This document shows positions 61,054 to 64,000 of a DNA stretch of 64,000 nucleotides, piece after piece. Numbering within the stretch: the first letter of the stretch is position 1; every line of letters starts with the position of its first letter. A model generated the notes under the pieces. It did no database searches. It worked only from the letters and a program-made list of their open reading frames with translations, and had not been told where the DNA came from. Origin of the DNA: Chiloscyllium plagiosum (lineage: Eukaryota); NCBI RefSeq assembly GCF_004010195.1, contig NC_057718.1, forward strand, positions 88,077,424 through 88,141,423, in the 5' to 3' direction. The translations under genes and the position numbers were made by a program.

Positions 61054-63099
61054 TAACTCGAGTCTTCACGTATTTGTCTGGACTGATTTTTGTTGATCTT
61101 TTTTTTCCAAATGTTATTCAGCATGTGGAAGTGAGTAAGAGTCCATGACAGTAAATGTAAAGGCTGTGAAGCAACATTTTGTGCATGTGCGATTGCCTGA
61201 AGCATTTCTCGCAATCAGTCAATATAGAAGAAGGTTTTATGTTCAAGGTGATTGGTTTGGCTAAGGCTGGCATAATTCTCTTCATGGTGTCTCATACTAG
61301 CTACAGTATCCTAGAACCAGCAGCAGGTAGCCAAAGGGGGAAAAGTTGGGAACTGGAGTGGAGAGCACAGTCATAAAGATAGGTAACCAACCTCTTCTTG
61401 ATTGTGATGGGTCTGAAGGGGACATTGGCAGAGATCAGTGGTAGACACAAACTTGATTTCTCATTGAGTGAGAAATGACCCCATCCCCACAAATGAGTAT
61501 CTCTTCTAACCGGATCATTTGACGTCTCTCACTCTGCCGCCTCTGTCTCTCCATCTCCCCTCCCTCCCTCCCGTTCCTTGCTCTTTGTTTGTCTGTGCTC
61601 ATTTGCCTCTTTGTAGTAAGTGCTCATTATGGGGGATAAATGGTCTGGTACAAGTCAGATTGGGGAAAAAAAAGAAGGAAAACCTGAGATCCAGTAACTG
61701 CATCCATAAAACAGTTTAATAACTTCAAATAGTCTTCACTTGGCAAAGACTGTTGTACTGAGATCCATCTTCAACGAGGTGCACATTCACAGTTCAATTA
61801 AGTCAATTATTCCTCAGCCTGCGATTTCTTTCCTCTGTGCACTATTTTCAGCTCTCCAATATTTTTATCTGACTGACTACAGTTACTTCCTCAATCTATT
61901 TGACCTAGTGCCAGAAGGAATAGTTGAGCCAATGTTTCATCTGCATACTACATAAGGGAGGGTAAAAGTCATAAGTTGTACGAATCAAGCAACTTGTTTG
62001 GATGAAACCTAGAATATAGGTAGTATCCCTTAGGATGGAAATATTGACATTGAAGCGAGTGCAGCATAAATTAAAGAGGAGGATTTCTGGACTCTAAGGC
62101 ATTGAGGGATTTCACCAACTCTTTGACCCTTGTAACTCCATGGAATGCAAACCTAGTTTAAGTTTTAAAGACATTGCAAGGATAAGTAGACAAATTATTT
62201 CTGGTTGGGGAATCAAAGCCACTTGAAGTTAAAATGTAAACACTTAAACCACCTTTTATGTGTGGAAGTTTGGAAGTCCTATAAACAGCAATTGATGCTA
62301 GACCAATTAATTATATCTGAGAACAATACCTTTTGAAGGTCTTTGTAGTGATGCAGACCTGTAGTTAGTAATCATCTCTAGGTCAAATATGGAAAAGGGT
62401 CCTTTTCCCCCAGATGCTGCCAGACCTGCTGAGTTTCTCCAACACTTGCAGTTTTTATTTGATTCCAACATCTGCAGTACTTTATTTTTAGTGTCAAATT
62501 CCAGGGTGTTGGCTCACTGAATATAATGTGCATTTCACCACCTGCTGGGATGATCACTGAAAACATTTCAATGAGGATATAGAACATTGGAAGAAGTTCT
62601 TGAGTAGTTGATTTGTGCAGATATCTTGCTGATTTTTACTGAGACACTTTCTGGGCTGGCTGTTACTATGATTGGATAAGGTAGGCTTCATACTGTGGGG
62701 AGCTAATGTGAGAATGATCTCCTGTCAAACTAATGATGTTCCTTCTGTCCATTTGTCCAATCTAGTCTTCAAAAGGCAAAAGTAAAATTTCAAAGATTGG
62801 AAATCAGCAAATACCTTAATGGATCTCTGAAAGGAAAATGCTTTTATTTGAGGGTGGGGAGGGGTGTGTTTGGGGGGCGCGGGGGGGGGGGGGGAGGAGA
62901 AGAAGAGGTTCTCTCAACAGCAGGAAAACTTGCTACAGCAAGCAATATTCAGCTGGCAGGCCATTGTAAAAACACATTCTATCAGAGAAGGTGGTATTTG
63001 AAAGTCACTTTGCCTATCTATATGTATTCTGTGCCATTTCAGAGTAATTCCTGTTATATATGGCCAGATGGAAAAAGGTATGAAGAGTTCAGGAGCAGC

Positions 63100-64000
63100 T
63101 GTGAGTGCAGTGGCCATCGCTAAGGAGAAGCTGCTGGGGGAACCTGAAAGGTGTGAAGGCTGGTAAATCATCCGGACTAGATGGACTGCAGTTCAGGGTT
63201 CTGAAGGCGATGGCTGAGGAGATTGTGGAGGTATTGTTTTTTTAGCCATTTTCCAGTCATCTGCAATCCTTGCTGACTCCAGAGATTCCTAATTTTTAAA
63301 AAGGGAGGGAGGCAGAAGATGGAAATTCACGGCTGGTTAGCCTGACCTCTATCATTGGTAAGATTTTAGAGTCCATAGTTTGGGGTGAGATTGTGGAGTA
63401 CTTGGAAGTGCATTGTAAAATAACAATGAGTCATCACAACTTCAAGAGATAGTAATGCCTTACACATCTGTTGGAATTGTTTTGAGGGGCTAACAAGCAA
63501 GTTAGACAAAGGTAATAAGCATGATTTATTTGGATTACCAGAGGCCTTTAATAAAGAGCTGCTAAACACATTATTCACCAATGGTGTTTAGGATAAGGGA
63601 CTGGCATAGATAGAGGATTGGCTGACTGGCAGAAGGCAGTGTGGATAAAGGGGTCTTTTTTTCAGGATGGCAACCAGTTAGTAATGGAGTTGTGCAGGTG
63701 TCTGTGTTTCGGTCACAATTTTTCACATTATATATGAATGATCTGGATGAAGGAACTGAGGGCATGGTTGCTAAGTTTACAGATAATACAAAAGTGGGGG
63801 AACAGGTAGTGTTGAGGGAGCAGGGAACCTACAGAAGGTTTGGACAGGTTAGGAAAGTGGGCGAAGAAGTGTCAGATGGAATACAATGTGAGAAAGTGTG
63901 AGGTTGTCTTTTGGTAGAAAGAATAGAAACATAGACTATTTCTAAATGTGGAAAGGAGTCTTAATTCCCTTGAGGTTAATATGCAAAATCAGTTGGCAGT
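63100..64000 (+). mobile_element. Old CR1 ORF2 remnant running off the window
   Basis: ORF 63641..63901 FSGWQPVSNGV...YMNDLDEG...KFTDNTKVG. Confidence 0.8.

Larger units (their letters stand above)
57762..61080 (+). other. PLEKHG1: Putative long 3' UTR of PLEKHG1
   Basis: About 3.3 kb with no TE I recognise, directly after the stop, in a window otherwise dense with repeats; ends near AATAAA hexamers. Confidence 0.55.

Noticed and set aside
62850..62897. G-rich tract, possible G-quadruplex or poly-Gly ORF 62797..63123
   Set aside because: Low-complexity run with no CpG island or splice context; homopolymer length is also error-prone.

Overview
Vertebrate genomic DNA, most likely from a shark or other elasmobranch, judging by HE1-type tRNA SINEs, abundant CR1 LINEs and Deu-domain SINEs. 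The window holds the 3' part of one + strand gene, the DH-PH RhoGEF PLEKHG1. I read 15 coding exons from 11969 to the stop at 57761. All have AG/GT boundaries and consistent phases, and they total 3975 nt (1324 aa plus stop). The 5' exons are not in the window, and a repeat-poor putative 3' UTR runs to about 61 kb. The introns are full of decayed CR1, Rex1-like and Penelope-like retroelements, SINEs and one MITE. The most notable signals are: (1) a family of Penelope-derived units carrying minimal hammerhead-ribozyme cores, found as a 90-bp TSD-flanked insert, a TSD-flanked inverted-arm element and a fold-back palindrome; (2) a 74-bp Penelope RT fragment between perfect 49-bp direct repeats; (3) several templated-insertion or template-switch scars; (4) a 17-nt microexon and a 216-nt candidate cassette exon. 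Family names and human-protein comparisons come from my recollection, not from a database search. Repeat boundaries are approximate unless a TSD is given.
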